DNA of 53,732 nt from Octopus bimaculoides. Taxonomy: Eukaryota. The stretch covers positions 376,823-430,554 of the forward strand of contig NC_068984.1 of assembly GCF_001194135.2 (NCBI RefSeq), read 5' to 3'. Positions 1 to 11,914 of the stretch are shown here, piece by piece (within the stretch, counting starts at the first letter, position 1; each line of letters begins with the position of its first letter). Both the position numbers and the translations under genes were made by a program. The notes beneath the pieces were generated by a model. It saw only the letters and a list, made by a program, of their open reading frames with translations. It was not told the origin of the DNA and did no database searches.

Positions 1-59
<59 letters not shown>

Positions 60-60
60 T
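1..60. repeat. (AC)n microsatellite
   Basis: Direct: about 25 AC units. Confidence 0.97.
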
Positions 61-63
61 ATA

Positions 64-134
64 TACGACAGTCTTCTTTCAGTTTCCGTGTACGAAATCT
101 ACTTACAAGGCTTTGCTCAACCTGAGGCTATAGT
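64..134 (-). mobile_element. SINE family A fragment
   Basis: Matches the 'gacgggcttctttcagtttccgtctaccaaatccactcacaaggctttgg...gaggctatagta' block shared by many copies in the window. Confidence 0.85.
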
Positions 135-335
135 ATATACATATATACATATATACATATATAGCCACCTACACTTTTCTCTGCAAAATAGGGATAGTTT
201 ATCCTGTTCAGGCTTTATTATTAGCATTATTCTGCGATTGAGAATTTAAAATCACTTCTTTAACTTTCTAAAAAGACATCCCAACACTTCTAAAAGCAAA
301 ACTTAGTTTGTTTATTTACGTTTGTCGTAATTTGA

Positions 336-375
<40 letters not shown>

Positions 376-420
376 GGCAAATGAAAAACGGAAGATGGAA
401 TATATGAGAATTTATCATTA

Positions 421-528
421 ATCACGACAATTGTTTCGATACATCTAGCATCGGTTCCTCTAGGGTGGGAGACACTCAACAACTGGTTTAGGAGCACCAG
501 GTGGTGCAGATGTATCTCGTCGGTTGAT
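421..528 (-). ncRNA. Minimal type I hammerhead ribozyme motif (Penelope-associated, probably damaged)
   Basis: Minus strand reads atcaa-CCGACGA-GATACATCT-(61 nt)-AGATGTATC-GAAAC-AATT-GTC-gtgat. It has a 9-bp stem II, palindromic loop III (CAATTG) and a GUC triplet. Core has U4>C and an A.G mismatch at the first stem I pair. Lies 3' of the PLE ORF on the same strand. Confidence 0.7.
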
Positions 529-926
529 AAATAAATACAACTCGTTAAAAAGACTGTTCAGCAATGTAACTTTCCTTTTTGTAGAGAGAAAAGCAGCCAG
601 ACGGAGGAAATACCTTCATTTATAAAGAAGATCGAAAATAAAATCAAAGATGGCAAAAAGAGAAGCGAACACTTAATCCAGCGAGAAAAATATTAAAAAA
701 TAATCGTTAACAGATATGGATGTACAAACGCCCTCGGGCAAGCTGCATGTTGCGAGTACAACGCTCATAGAAGCATCCACAAAGATGTGAGCATACGCAG
801 ACATGAGGTTTGGTGCACTCATGATCACAAAGTGAGTTAGCTATCTACTTGGTGTTTATAAGAATGGGGAGGTTAAAAGTAAATTTAGGTCATCCATACC
901 TTAAAGTAAATCAAATTAACAGTTAC

Positions 927-1960
927 TCAAAATTCGCTCCCACTGCATTGTGCGAAAGTACATTTATATGTGTGTAGGCATCTCGAGAGTCGTTCAGAAA
1001 TTCTATTAATGATCTTCTCGTTAGTCCACAGAATAAACAGGGATTCCTCAGAGCAGAGACAGCATGTCCTGAAAATTATATTGTATAGTTTCGCATCCCT
1101 TACTATGGGCCAATTAATGCTGTACTTCATTTTATCCTCCATCAGTCGCCATACAAAATCTGCCGAAGATGTTCAATGTCTCTTATTGATTGTCTTAAAG
1201 CTGGCAACATGGTTACGATAGCGATTCTTAAATGAATTAGCCGTCTGCCCAATGTAAACATACGGCCCTCCACTTGTGAGCACGGTACATTTGTATACAA
1301 GATTTGTACTCATTCAGAGATTCATCAAAGGACAGTTTGATTTTTCTCTGCATGAGTATTTATCGTATTTATCTGTATATAAGGCAGTCCTGACTCCATT
1401 TACCGGCGTTGTTACCATGCTAGCTGGTTGTAATTGGTGTTTATCATTGCGGTTTACATCTCCTTGGTTGGTATCTAGATGCAAATGTTCGCTAGATCCA
1501 GTCGGTGGGCTATTGAACCTTTGCCGCATTTTGCTATTGTTTATGCGATGCATAAGCTTTTCTAAATTAGCAGATTTGGCGCAGGATAACTTCACAGTGT
1601 GTCGCTTAAAGATAGCATGATACCGATTAGATTTAGGAAAACACTTGTCCAAAGCAGCAAAAAATTTTCCAGCGAACTTCATTGAAACATGCAAACTGAA
1701 AATTGGGTTGAACCAGAGGACATCCTCATTCCTATATCTGTTGTTAGGCTTATTTGATCGAGTGTGTTGTACAGGATTGGAATAAGCAGTTGGACTATTA
1801 TGTCGCGTGTGTCTATGAGTTTTCGTTGGTAGTTCATTGATGTGACTAATTCTTTCTGGCTTGTATTCTTTATCTGAATAAGCTCTCAAACCGAAACGTT
1901 GTGGTGGTATACAATGTGCATCGCAGCTGGAGGAATTACCAGTGTTGTGTATGCCTGCTT
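927..1960 (-). mobile_element. Penelope-like element remnant: RT C-terminal linker plus GIY-YIG endonuclease (pseudogenised)
   Basis: Translation gives VLWFNPIFSLHVSMKFAGKFFAALDKCFPKSNRYHAIFKRHTVKLS...CREKSNCPL, then LVYKCTV...YVYIGQTANSFKNRYRNH and YSINWPIV...CCLCSEE...NRISERLSRCLH. These match PLE WFNPPFS, GIY-YIG and CxLC...N.RSE..S.CRH motifs. In-frame stops are present. Confidence 0.88.
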
Positions 1961-2197
1961 CTTGTATATATTGAATTNNNNNNNNNNNNNNNNNNNNNNN
2001 NNNNNNNNNNNNNNNNNNNNNNNNNNNNNNNNNNNNNNNNNNNNNNNNNNNNNNNNNNNNNNNNNNNNNNNNNNNNNATCGGATCAACTGGAACCCTCGA
2101 CGTCGTAAGCGACGGAGTGCCAACGTTATTAGCAGTTTGAGTGGAGAATACAATTGTAAAGAGAAATTAGGAATATAAGAAACAAAAAAAAAGAACA

Positions 2198-2843
2198 AAC
2201 ATATATTAGAGAGTGGGAGAGTAACAAGTAAAGAATTTAAGCAGGGTCATTTCACAGATGGTGGAATAGGGCTCTTTCGGCCGAGTCAGAGAGAGAGAGG
2301 AATAGGGAGTGGTATTTCAATAGGATAGTATGGAGAAAAGGTTGGGGGAGGTATTTGTGGTCGATTAGAAGAAAAATGTATGCTCGAAGAGAAAGTATAG
2401 TGGTAAAATTGAAAGTGTAGAGGAGAAGAGGAACAATGATGGTAATGTTTCAAATCTTAATTCTTTTAATTCACCTTCCTCCACACCAGCACCACCCCTT
2501 TGTGAACTTACAAGTACATACGCCTACATACAACTCTACGAGTTCATACAGTACACACGCGCATGCGCAACAATACATATTCCTTAATTCTTGGATTTTA
2601 GTCATTCCTGCCATTCTTCCTCTTTTCTAGACTTTCAATTTTACTACTATACTTTCGCTTCAAGCATATATTTTTCTTCCTGTCGACCACAAATACGTCC
2701 CCAATTCATTCCACACTATCCTATTCAAATACCACTCTCTATTCCTCTCTCTGACTCGACTAAAATAGCCCCACTGAAAGCCATCTTTGAAATGACCCTG
2801 TTTAAATTCTTAACTTGTAACCCTACCACCCTCATATATTTTT
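2198..2843. repeat. Long imperfect inverted repeat (arms ~2198-2446 and ~2601-2843)
   Basis: Direct: 'gagtcagagagagagaggaatagggagtggtatttcaataggatag' mirrors 'ctatcctattcaaataccactctctattcctctctctgactc'; 'tagtggtaaaattgaaag' mirrors 'ctttcaattttactacta'. Confidence 0.85.
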
Positions 2844-3344
2844 AATCTTTTTTCTTTTCTTGATGAAATATAAACATGAAGTTTCAAAAGAAAAATATTT
2901 ATATTACCTTAAAATATAATTAAATGAAACGATTTCTCATTTGTATGTTTACAATAAATATATTACTATTTTTATAAATTATATCAACGTAATTGCAATC
3001 TACTCGATCAAAAATCTATCTCTGTAAGATTTTATTAAAAATGTAAATTTTTCAGAAAGTTATGAGACACTCATTCTCCACCTTATGTTAAATATTTCTG
3101 TATCTTTCTTTTACCTTCTCGTCTCACCTCTCAATAAAATGTAAAGTGTGGCTGGAGAAACCCACCAACCAACCAACCAACCAGCCATTCAAGCAGCATA
3201 TCTATCTATCTATCTATCTATATATATATATATATATAAAAGAGTTAAGGAATGGAGTACAAAAGATCTGGGCTATATATATATGTTTCATACGGAGCAA
3301 TTGGGTATTATAAATGGGCTTCAGACAGATTTAATTTAGAAAAA

Positions 3345-4560
3345 CATTTTTCTACCATTTAACTTTGAAAAAAAATGTCCTCTGCAGTCGGGAGTGGATG
3401 GTGGCATGCTTTTAAGAAGTCATCCAATCCTGTAGAGAAATCGGCACAGTCTACTCTAATTATTTTTTTAAAAAACATACCGTGGTTGCCGCCCACTTCG
3501 AGTAATCCACCTTTTTTGATGACTACACTCTTTTCGAGTCTGTCTAACTCTTCCTTTACGGTTTCAATTGCCGCGAACGGTACTTTTTCTGTTTGCTTTA
3601 AATACAGATACAACATTTTCACTTTCTTGGAAATAGGCTTCTGTCTTCCTAAATCCTCTGATAACACTTGCGGGAACATTAAAGAAATTTTTTCTTCAGA
3701 TCTTCCGAAGACTTGTTTTTAACGAGACAACTATTTATGTTATTGCAGTAAAGATTTATGGGGATGGACCATAAACTGAATAGTCCTAACCAATCTGTGC
3801 CAAACAAATTGATTATCCACAACGAATAATTTTGATTCGCGTGTTTCTCCTAGAAATGTGACGTCATTACATATTTTGTACATGAAATAAAAATTATCGC
3901 CCGTTATACCACGTGCTATTTTCGCTGTTTTACCAATTATTTTTCCAAGTATCCGCATTTATAATCAAGATGTCACTACCTGTGTCTAACTGTAATTTGG
4001 TATTCACATCATTTATTTTGACGTGCACGAATTTTCCTGTTTTTCCATCACAATCATTCTCCACTGAAAACACCTTAGAACTTTTTGTGTTTGAGTCTCG
4101 TAGTCTTGTTCTATAATGAGAACTCCTGTGTCCCAGCTTCTGACAACTATAGCACTTTTGGTTTTTAAACGGACAATCCTTTTCGTAGTGTAGGCCTCCA
4201 CAACCACAACACTGATTGGGGCCTCACACTTTTTTTATTGTGCTTCCCGGGACGACACATTTGAATCTTTGCAGTCTTTATTTTGTATTTTTTTCACATC
4301 ATGTTTAAGATTTACCATAGTTTGACATTCTTCTACGATGGTCTGTAGAGATATATCCTGGTTCGCTCGCTCCATTCTCGAGAGAATCCTTGCCCCGATT
4401 TCTATATCTTTTGGTGCTGTAAGTCCTTGCACGAAAATAAGTGATTTAAACATATCATGAGTGAGATCTTGGAGTTAGAAATTTTCGCACATATGGTTGA
4501 GTACTCCGGCGTAGGTGATAAAATCATCCACCTCATTTTTTGTTCAGTTCCAACATTCTG
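3345..4560 (-). mobile_element. Ty3/Gypsy LTR retrotransposon gag-pol remnant
   Basis: Gag-like FKSLIFVQGLTAPKDIEI..RILSRME...LQTIVEECQ; RT N-terminus VPFAAIETVKEELDRLEK...ADFSTGLDDFLKACHHPLPTAEDIF, compared with Gypsy VPFA...EL.RLE...DFSTGLN...YPLP..EDIF. Broken by frameshifts and stops. Confidence 0.82.
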
Positions 4561-4790
4561 GTGTTGAATAATGAACGATCACGAAAAAGTTTTGGAAGCA
4601 ATTCCACGGTTTCTTGGAAACCAATCTCACTCGCATTGGTGTATAAGTATATATTCTGTGATTTAACAAGATTACTAATGGTTCTATGTAAAGAGGAAAC
4701 TCTTGACAATTATCACGCCTGCAATTTGATAATTGTTAAGAGATTTCACTTTAAATGAAACCATTGGTTACACAGTTAATCTACATAGTC

Positions 4791-5096
4791 TTTTACTCTT
4801 TTATTTGTTTCAGTCATTTGACTGCGGCCATGCTGGAGTACCACCTTGGAGGGTTTTAGTCGAACAAATAAATCCCAAGACTTTTTTAAAAACCTGGTAC
4901 TTATTCTATCGGTTTCTTTTGTCGAATCGTTGTTATGGGGACATCAACACATCAACACCGGTTGTCAAGCGGTGATGGGAGGGGACAAACACATAGACAT
5001 ATTCATCTATCTATCTATCTATCTATCTATTTATCTATCTATCTATACATCTTTNNNNNNNNNNNNNNNNNNNNNNNNNNNNNNNNNNNNNNNNNN

Positions 5097-5129
<33 letters not shown>

Positions 5130-5291
5130 GACGGGCTTCTTTCAATTTCGCTCTACCAAATCCACCCATAACGCTTTGGTCGGCCCCAGGCTACTGTAGA
5201 ACACACTTGTCCAAGGTACCAACCAGTGAGACTGAACCCAGAACCATGTGGTTGGGAATCAAGCGTCATACCATACAGCCAAGCCTGCGCC
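4791..5291 (-). mobile_element. Full-length bipartite SINE family A with internal microsatellite
   Basis: tRNA-like head and CORE-like 'ccttggacaagtg' at 5130-5291, then internal (TA)n/(CTAT)n, then a 3' module 'gtcatttgactgcggccatgctggag' and a ttttactc tail. Same layout at 21965-22390. Confidence 0.85.
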
Positions 5292-7341
5292 TATACATAT
5301 GTACATATATATGTATACACACATATATAAACATATATTTACACACACACACGTTATGACTTTACCTGCGCATTGTAAATATCCTTTGGTATTTCGAGAA
5401 AGACATTAGAGTAGTGAATATAACATTTGAAACCAAAGAAGACATTTTCAGTGGTGAAGATTTTATTCTGGAATGACGGAAGGTGATAGATAGGAACCGT
5501 CTGTTTTTTTTCTACAGGCATCGCGAATATATATTTGTGTTAAAACTGAATTAGGTCACTGAAATTAGATTTGAATTAAATGGACTTATCTACATCCAGC
5601 TCTGTTTAACTCAAGAAGACGAATTTGGCAGTTCAAAGAAACTAATTTTAAGTGCACAATCCAAGAAGAAGGGAAACCAATGTTAAAACTGAAGTGTTTA
5701 TCATCAGCCATGAATCCGTTGGATATCTCCTACATGGCTTTGCCTTAAAATAGTCTTCACCTCTTTCACTCAGGATTTGTGTTTCCATATATATATATAT
5801 ATATTACAGTTAATACTAAACCTCACAGAAGAGTCTATCCTGGATTTTATAATTATAAATTTATTTTAATTTGGATGGTCACCTATTTAGAACAAGTTAT
5901 AAGAGATGAATATCTGGGTAACTATGGAATTACTAGCGACAGAAGCTGAAGATAAATACTTTAAGCAACCAAATTAAACACTAGTATTGAATCCGCTACC
6001 ACTTGCAGACGTAGAAAATCGAAACTGATGCAGTTTGCAAATATTGAAGTAAGACATTAACTGAAAAAAATAAAGATAAAAACATAAACTCCTAAAACAA
6101 CCGATCGACACTTCCCTCATCTTCAGAAACCTTTTATGTTAGTAAAGTGAAAAATATCTGCGTTCCACATTGCAAATGATTACATTCCGAAGAAGAAACG
6201 AAATGCTAAAATTATATTAGTGGCGGCGTCAAATTAGACAACTAAACATCACAAGGCGCCACTGTGTGAAGTTGGTTTTTTTCTTTACAACTAAAACGAG
6301 CAGCATACTGTAGGATATCTAAGGGGAGAGAGCTTGCTGTATTTGTAATTCTAGTTAGCAGCCATTAGTAAGCGCGAAGTGTTAAATGTAAATAGTGTTA
6401 ATAAAATGAATGGATGATCGGTTGTGAGCAACGTAGAGTTGAATGTAAATAGCGTAACCTAATGTATGGATGATCAGTGCGGGCAGTCACCACTAATCTT
6501 CACTAACCTCAGAGCAATGGAAGGCGTTACAAAGAGAGAGAGAGAGGCATTATGGGAAATTAGACTTGCATCGGAAACTGTCTTTAATAGGCGTTTTTAT
6601 TGCTAGTATTTGGCGTGTAATGGCATTGATTGTCCATTTAACACCATTTCTCAGTTCCTCGCAGAAGGATAAAGGAATATATGGGTCGATTTCTTCGTAA
6701 AGAAATATCCTAATTCTTCATTTGTTTACAAGTCGACTTTGTGAAATCAATAAGCTAAAGAATGAGATGCATCTGTCTCTTTGGTGATATATTCATATTA
6801 ACTCTACTCATTATTTGATATTAAACATTAGTTTCAATGTTACATATCCACCAACAGACTCGACTCCTCTGTTAAACACTCTGAATTAATACCAGAAGGA
6901 AAATGCTTAACGGTAACTCGCTAACTCAGTCTTTATACTGACAACTCATTCATGTCTTAACATCATAGCCATCTGGCTTGATATCGATCAGACGGAAATA
7001 GTTTCAAGGATATTCATACTACATATCGTGATGTTGGCATGATAGGATATCGATACGTTCGACAGTGAAAGACGTTGTCCGTATATGCAACTTTTTATCG
7101 ATCGTTAGTTTCTTTAGTTCAGGATATTTTATTTATGGAATTTGCTTCCAAAACTGAATGGTAGACATGGATTTACGGACCATCATGTGACCGAGGTCAA
7201 CATGTAATTCCATTAGTTCCATTTCTACAGCAGATGATTCTGATGTCCCAGAATTAGTCAACCATCACTGACCACATCTATCATCAATAGATACAGAAGT
7301 GTAGCGAGGCTCCTACCAAGTTTTGAGGAAAAGTGGTATAT

Positions 7342-8079
7342 AAATTAAATAATGAGGGTAGAAATTGATATCAATCAATTAACATCAATTTAAACCGGTG
7401 GTTTGGCATATTAAAAAATCCGAAGATTTAGAAATTATATTACAATAAATAAGAGGAATGATCACTAAAGTGGATTCCTAATATGCTAAAGATAGACGTC
7501 AAATCGCCTTACCACGAAAAATATGTTCTCAAGAAAAATCTCAGCAAAAACGCCAGAATGTAAAAATAAGCAAGACAAATGAAAATATACAAAATAAAAC
7601 GTTTAGCTACGTATCATGATTTCGCTATTAACACTTGCATAATGCAAAATGAAAATATTTGTAACTCCTCAACGTAGTCTGTCGCATTTCAGAACATATT
7701 TCACAGAACTATACACAGAAACGTTCACCCGAAAGAAAACTCGTGTACAGTTCTGCAAAATATATTTGGGGGTATCTTTCAAATGTCTTCATTTTGNNNN
7801 NNNNNNCTCTCTCTCTCTCTCTCTCTCTCTATTTATGCAACGGTCTTCTTTCAGTTTCTGTCTCCCAAATCCACTCACAAGGCTTTAGTTGGCCCGAGGC
7901 TGTAATAGAAGACACTTGCCCAAGGTGCNNNNNNNNNNTCTGCAAAATATATTTGGGGGTATCTTTCAAATGTCTTCATTTTGGCGCGCTGAGGCCCTTC
8001 GTGGTTAGGTGATTTGACATCTATCTTTAGCATATTAGGAATCCACTTAATATCAATTTCTACCCTCATTATTTAATTT
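7342..8079. repeat. Inverted repeat pair (7342-7518 / 7998-8079), probably Penelope pseudo-LTR
   Basis: Direct: 'aaattaaataatgagggtagaaattgata' and 'aagtggattcctaatatgctaaagatag.cgtcaaatc' are mirrored at 7998-8079. The left copy carries ~100 extra bp. Confidence 0.8.
7838..7928 (-). mobile_element. SINE family A fragment (possible assembly duplicate of 8486-8580)
   Basis: Identical to 8486-8580 over the shared part and bounded by 10-N gaps. Confidence 0.75.
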
Positions 8080-8152
8080 AAAATAGCAATGTTCTCCAAC
8101 CGGTAAATTAACTGCGGTAGCCAAAATTTCTACTCAAACATTTTCTTGCACC

Positions 8153-8200
8153 GTTTCTGATGAAGGGTTATATAAAATATCCCGGAAACAGCTGTAAGAC
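8153..8200 (+). ncRNA. Minimal type I hammerhead ribozyme motif
   Basis: GTTT-CTGATGA-aGGGttatataaaatatCCCg-GAAAC-AGCT-GTA-AGAC. Core intact, palindromic loop III (CAGCTG), 4-bp stem I. A.G apposition at the base of stem II. Confidence 0.7.
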
Positions 8201-8407
8201 CTTTTCTTTATAAATGTTCTGAAAACTATTTACAGCCTTGGATTTTTTATCTCATTCTGTTAATTTATATACGCATGCTAATACATGACCCACGTGGGAC
8301 TCCTCATTCGTATGATTATCGAACCTGGAGCTAACCATGGTCTATCCATAGACTTACTTAGCGTTACCCGACACCTTTTGGGTATTCGTGATACCAATAC
8401 CCCTCAT

Positions 8408-8472
<65 letters not shown>

Positions 8473-8485
8473 ATTNNNNNNNNNN

Positions 8486-8640
8486 TCTTCTTTCAGTTTC
8501 TGTCTCCCAAATCCACTCACAAGGCTTTAGTTGGCCCGAGGCTGTAATAGAAGACACTTGCCCAAGGTGCCACACAATGGCACTGATCCCGGAACAGTGT
8601 GGTAAGAAGCAGGCTTCTTTCCACACAGCCATACCTGCAC
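8486..8640 (-). mobile_element. SINE family A copy
   Basis: tcttctttcagtttctgtctcccaaatccactcacaaggc...cttgcccaaggtgccacac...ccacacagcc, preceded by (CT)n at 8410-8474. Confidence 0.85.
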
Positions 8641-9126
8641 CTCACAATATGTTGCCTGTATGCATGCATATATTTATTCATATAACTACATTTAGCTTTT
8701 ATATTTAATGCAACCACACACGGACAAACAAATACATGTATTTCGTTATAATTACATTGCACCAGCGTACTTTATATACTTTTCTGTTGGCGAGTCAACA
8801 CATCAGATATGGTTACTGAATATGTAGAATGTTGATTTAAATTTCATCTTGGTTTCATTTGGAAAATTAGGTGAAAGAGAGTCGAGCTTCCGTAACACCT
8901 TTCAATAACACCTAAATTCTAATTAAATTAAAATATAGGATGTGAGCCAGAAAATGAAAATATGATAATTTTTGTTTTTAATTAGCATGATTCTATGTAG
9001 TGTTAACGTTGATTAGTTATATCGTGTGAAGAAGTAACCACACCCGTAGTGGCATGTCCCACCTTTATGTTTTTCTACTTCAGGTATTTCTCTAAACCTT
9101 TTGTTTATCGATCATTATGTTATTAT

Positions 9127-9335
9127 GGAGGTGGTGAGTGCGTAGCACAAAATGCTTAGCAGCCATTCTTCTGGCACTTTACATTCTGAATTCAAATCTC
9201 ACCGAGGTCGACTTTGTTTTCATCCTTTCGTCTTCGATAAAATAAGCAGCAATTGAGAACTAGGGTTGATGTGGTCGACTAGACCCTCCTCCTCCTCAAA
9301 ATATCAGGCTTCTGCCCCTATTGTAGAAAGAATTA
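9127..9335 (+). mobile_element. SINE family B copy (tRNA-derived, Meta-domain-like core)
   Basis: 'ttcaaatctcaccgaggtcgactttgtttttcatcctttcg..tcgataaaataag' is shared with 15372, 19365 and 46031. The core resembles the 'gcctt.catcctt.cg.ggtcg.taaaat.agtacc' Meta-type SINE domain (from memory). Confidence 0.75.
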
Positions 9336-11312
9336 TGAGAATGGTTACTCCCATGCATTTGTATTTCCTGGTTAAATGGTTACCGGGTTCAACAATATGT
9401 TGAAGTTTCTGCTTTAGTCTACTCAGTTGAGGCGATTCCGTTGCTGTTGTAACAGAACATATCTTTGCTGTTTTTGTAACAGTACAATTCCTTTCTGACT
9501 GTAACAGACATTTCTCTATTATTGAATCAGATATAACTCAATTGTGGTTGTCACAGAACAGGGTTCTCTTTTGCTCACTGGATATCTATTCTATCAACGT
9601 ATAACAATACATCTTTTTGTATTATAAAACACCGCATTGGTCCATTCTGGTCTGATCTTAGTTAAAAATCTCTTTCAATTTCTTTAACTATAGCTGTCCA
9701 TGATTCTTACCCTTGAAAAAAATTTCTTCAGATTTTTTTTTTTGTTTTAATCTTCCACTTACTGTTTTGCAACACAGACGTATGACACTACTCCAAACAA
9801 AACCGACATCTCAGCTATTTATTTTGCGTTGCTCTTCGTTGTGCAATCTCAACAAGATCTTCAATGTTTTGTAGCATTCTCCTCCTCATCACTTTTGTAG
9901 CCATGGAAGTCTAGAATGACCGCAACGCGCTGCAATGTTGTCACTTTATTTTCTTCTCCTTTACATTCTCCTTATGAGATCTCAGCTAATTCAATTTTCT
10001 TATAAATAAAACCTTATTTACTTTTCTGGTTTTCTTTTGTCTTCTCATTAAGAGCCTAGTATCACCATCTTCAGCATTCACTTTTACTCTATACCTAAAG
10101 ACATACCTATATTCTTACCAGACTTTTCCTACACAAGACGGCTGCGCATTTACAAAATGCTCCTCCCAGAAAATCTGTATAATTTTGATAAATGATTAAC
10201 TCCAAAATATTTTGTAAAGTGTCTGTAGCGACCTCATTCAAGCGACATTTTAGTATGTCACTTTTCTGTAATGTGCCTTATTTTAATCAATCAGGGACTA
10301 GTAATATGTCAGTCAGTTTTTGCTATTCAGGCAGACACAAGCCTCCCTACTCACTCTCTTACTTCTCTCGGTATCTGTCTGTTCTTTCTTTCATTCAATT
10401 GTTAGCTGCCAGAGCCAAGTTGTTTTACTTCTCCCCCTTTTCTTCCCACCAAACTAGAAGGGAAGAAAGAGAGAGAGGGGGGAGGTGGTGAAAGTAAAAC
10501 TCTCGTTTTCGTCTCTAAAGAACTAAATTACTTCTTTTTGGCTCTCATAAAAGCTGAATAAGAAATCATTTGCGTATTGTTATTGTCACCAGTTTAAAAC
10601 AAGTCCATTATCGTTTTCTCTTTATTACTGACCACTTTTCTGCTTCTACACATTTCTCTTTACAAACAAAGAAATATATACATACATTCTCATAATATAT
10701 TATGTACACTTAACATCTCATTAACATCATTTTTACCAAACTTGTTATTTTTCTTTGTATTCATGTTGTATTTCTTAAAGTGTGCTCACAAAACATGTTC
10801 TTTCTTACTATTAATGACTTATTATAACAACAAGACGGGAAAAAGTCTATTTTCTATTGGTATCTTGAAAATAACGGAAAAATTATATATAATTATTATT
10901 GTTGTTATCTGTGAATATACCTTATAATTTCCACAAGGACATAATTTATTCCCAGGTAGCAGTACCAAAGACGCAAACATTACACACCTCACAGAAACAA
11001 CAAAAAAACAAACAATATTTTATCCAACTTATTCATGAATGGCATACGTCTCAACTCATTCCACTTCCTCCACTTTTTGAGATAGTTGCCAATTCTCCGT
11101 TAAATAACATCATATTGTTTTGAAATAAGGATGCTTTGAATAATAAGTTCTTGATTTTTAGAAACGACAGAGTGAAAGGAATAATACCATTGGTTACAAG
11201 TTTGCTCGATGAGAGTCGACCTGGGACTAAAATCTAACAACAAAAAGATCAAATGACCTTCCATCAGCATCAGTTATTTACATAACACAACAGCACAAGA
11301 GCTGGTCATTTC

Positions 11313-11470
11313 ACCGTTAAACTCTAACATGTAAACTCTTAATTTCTAACATGCAAACCGTTAATCTCTAATATGCAAACTGTTAATTTCAAACGTTCAA
11401 ACCGTTAATCTCTCTAACATGTAAACCGTTAATCTCCAACACGTAAACTGTTAATCTCTCGCGTGCAAAC
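11313..11470. repeat. ~22-bp minisatellite, about 7 diverged units (aaccgttaatctctaacatg[t/c]a)
   Basis: Direct reading of the units. Confidence 0.85.
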
Positions 11471-11553
11471 AATGACCTTCAAATACAAACATTGCAACTA
11501 CTAGTTGCGGTCACTAATAAACAACTAACTTTCAGTTTTCCTAATTAGGCGTC

Positions 11554-11598
<45 letters not shown>

Positions 11599-11914
11599 CG
11601 ATGGACATTATTACAGACTCTGACTGTCACTGATGTTTTTGTTTTTATGAGGTTAGTTTTAATTCATAGACTAGTTTATCAAATCCTTGTATATTTAAGG
11701 CTGCGAGAAAAAAGAGCAGTATCTGTTAGGGGTAGGGCCGAGGGAGCAGACAGAAATCATAGTTGGTATAGTCATAAAAATCAAGATTTATTAGAAGCAA
11801 TACCATGAGGTTAGGTAAAGGAAAACTTAAAACAAGATGTTAGTTGACTATTAAGGCGGTCGGCCACTAGAGGACCATTGATAATGAAACAGAAGTCTTA
11901 TCATGTAGTACTAT

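Noticed and set aside
7229-7270. Acceptor followed by DDSDVPELVNHH* as a terminal exon
   Set aside because: Too short to distinguish from chance.
7752-7985. Exact 46-bp direct repeat (7752-7797 / 7939-7984) that looks like a long target-site duplication
   Set aside because: Both copies abut 10-N gaps and the enclosed SINE piece duplicates 8486-8580; most likely a scaffolding artefact.
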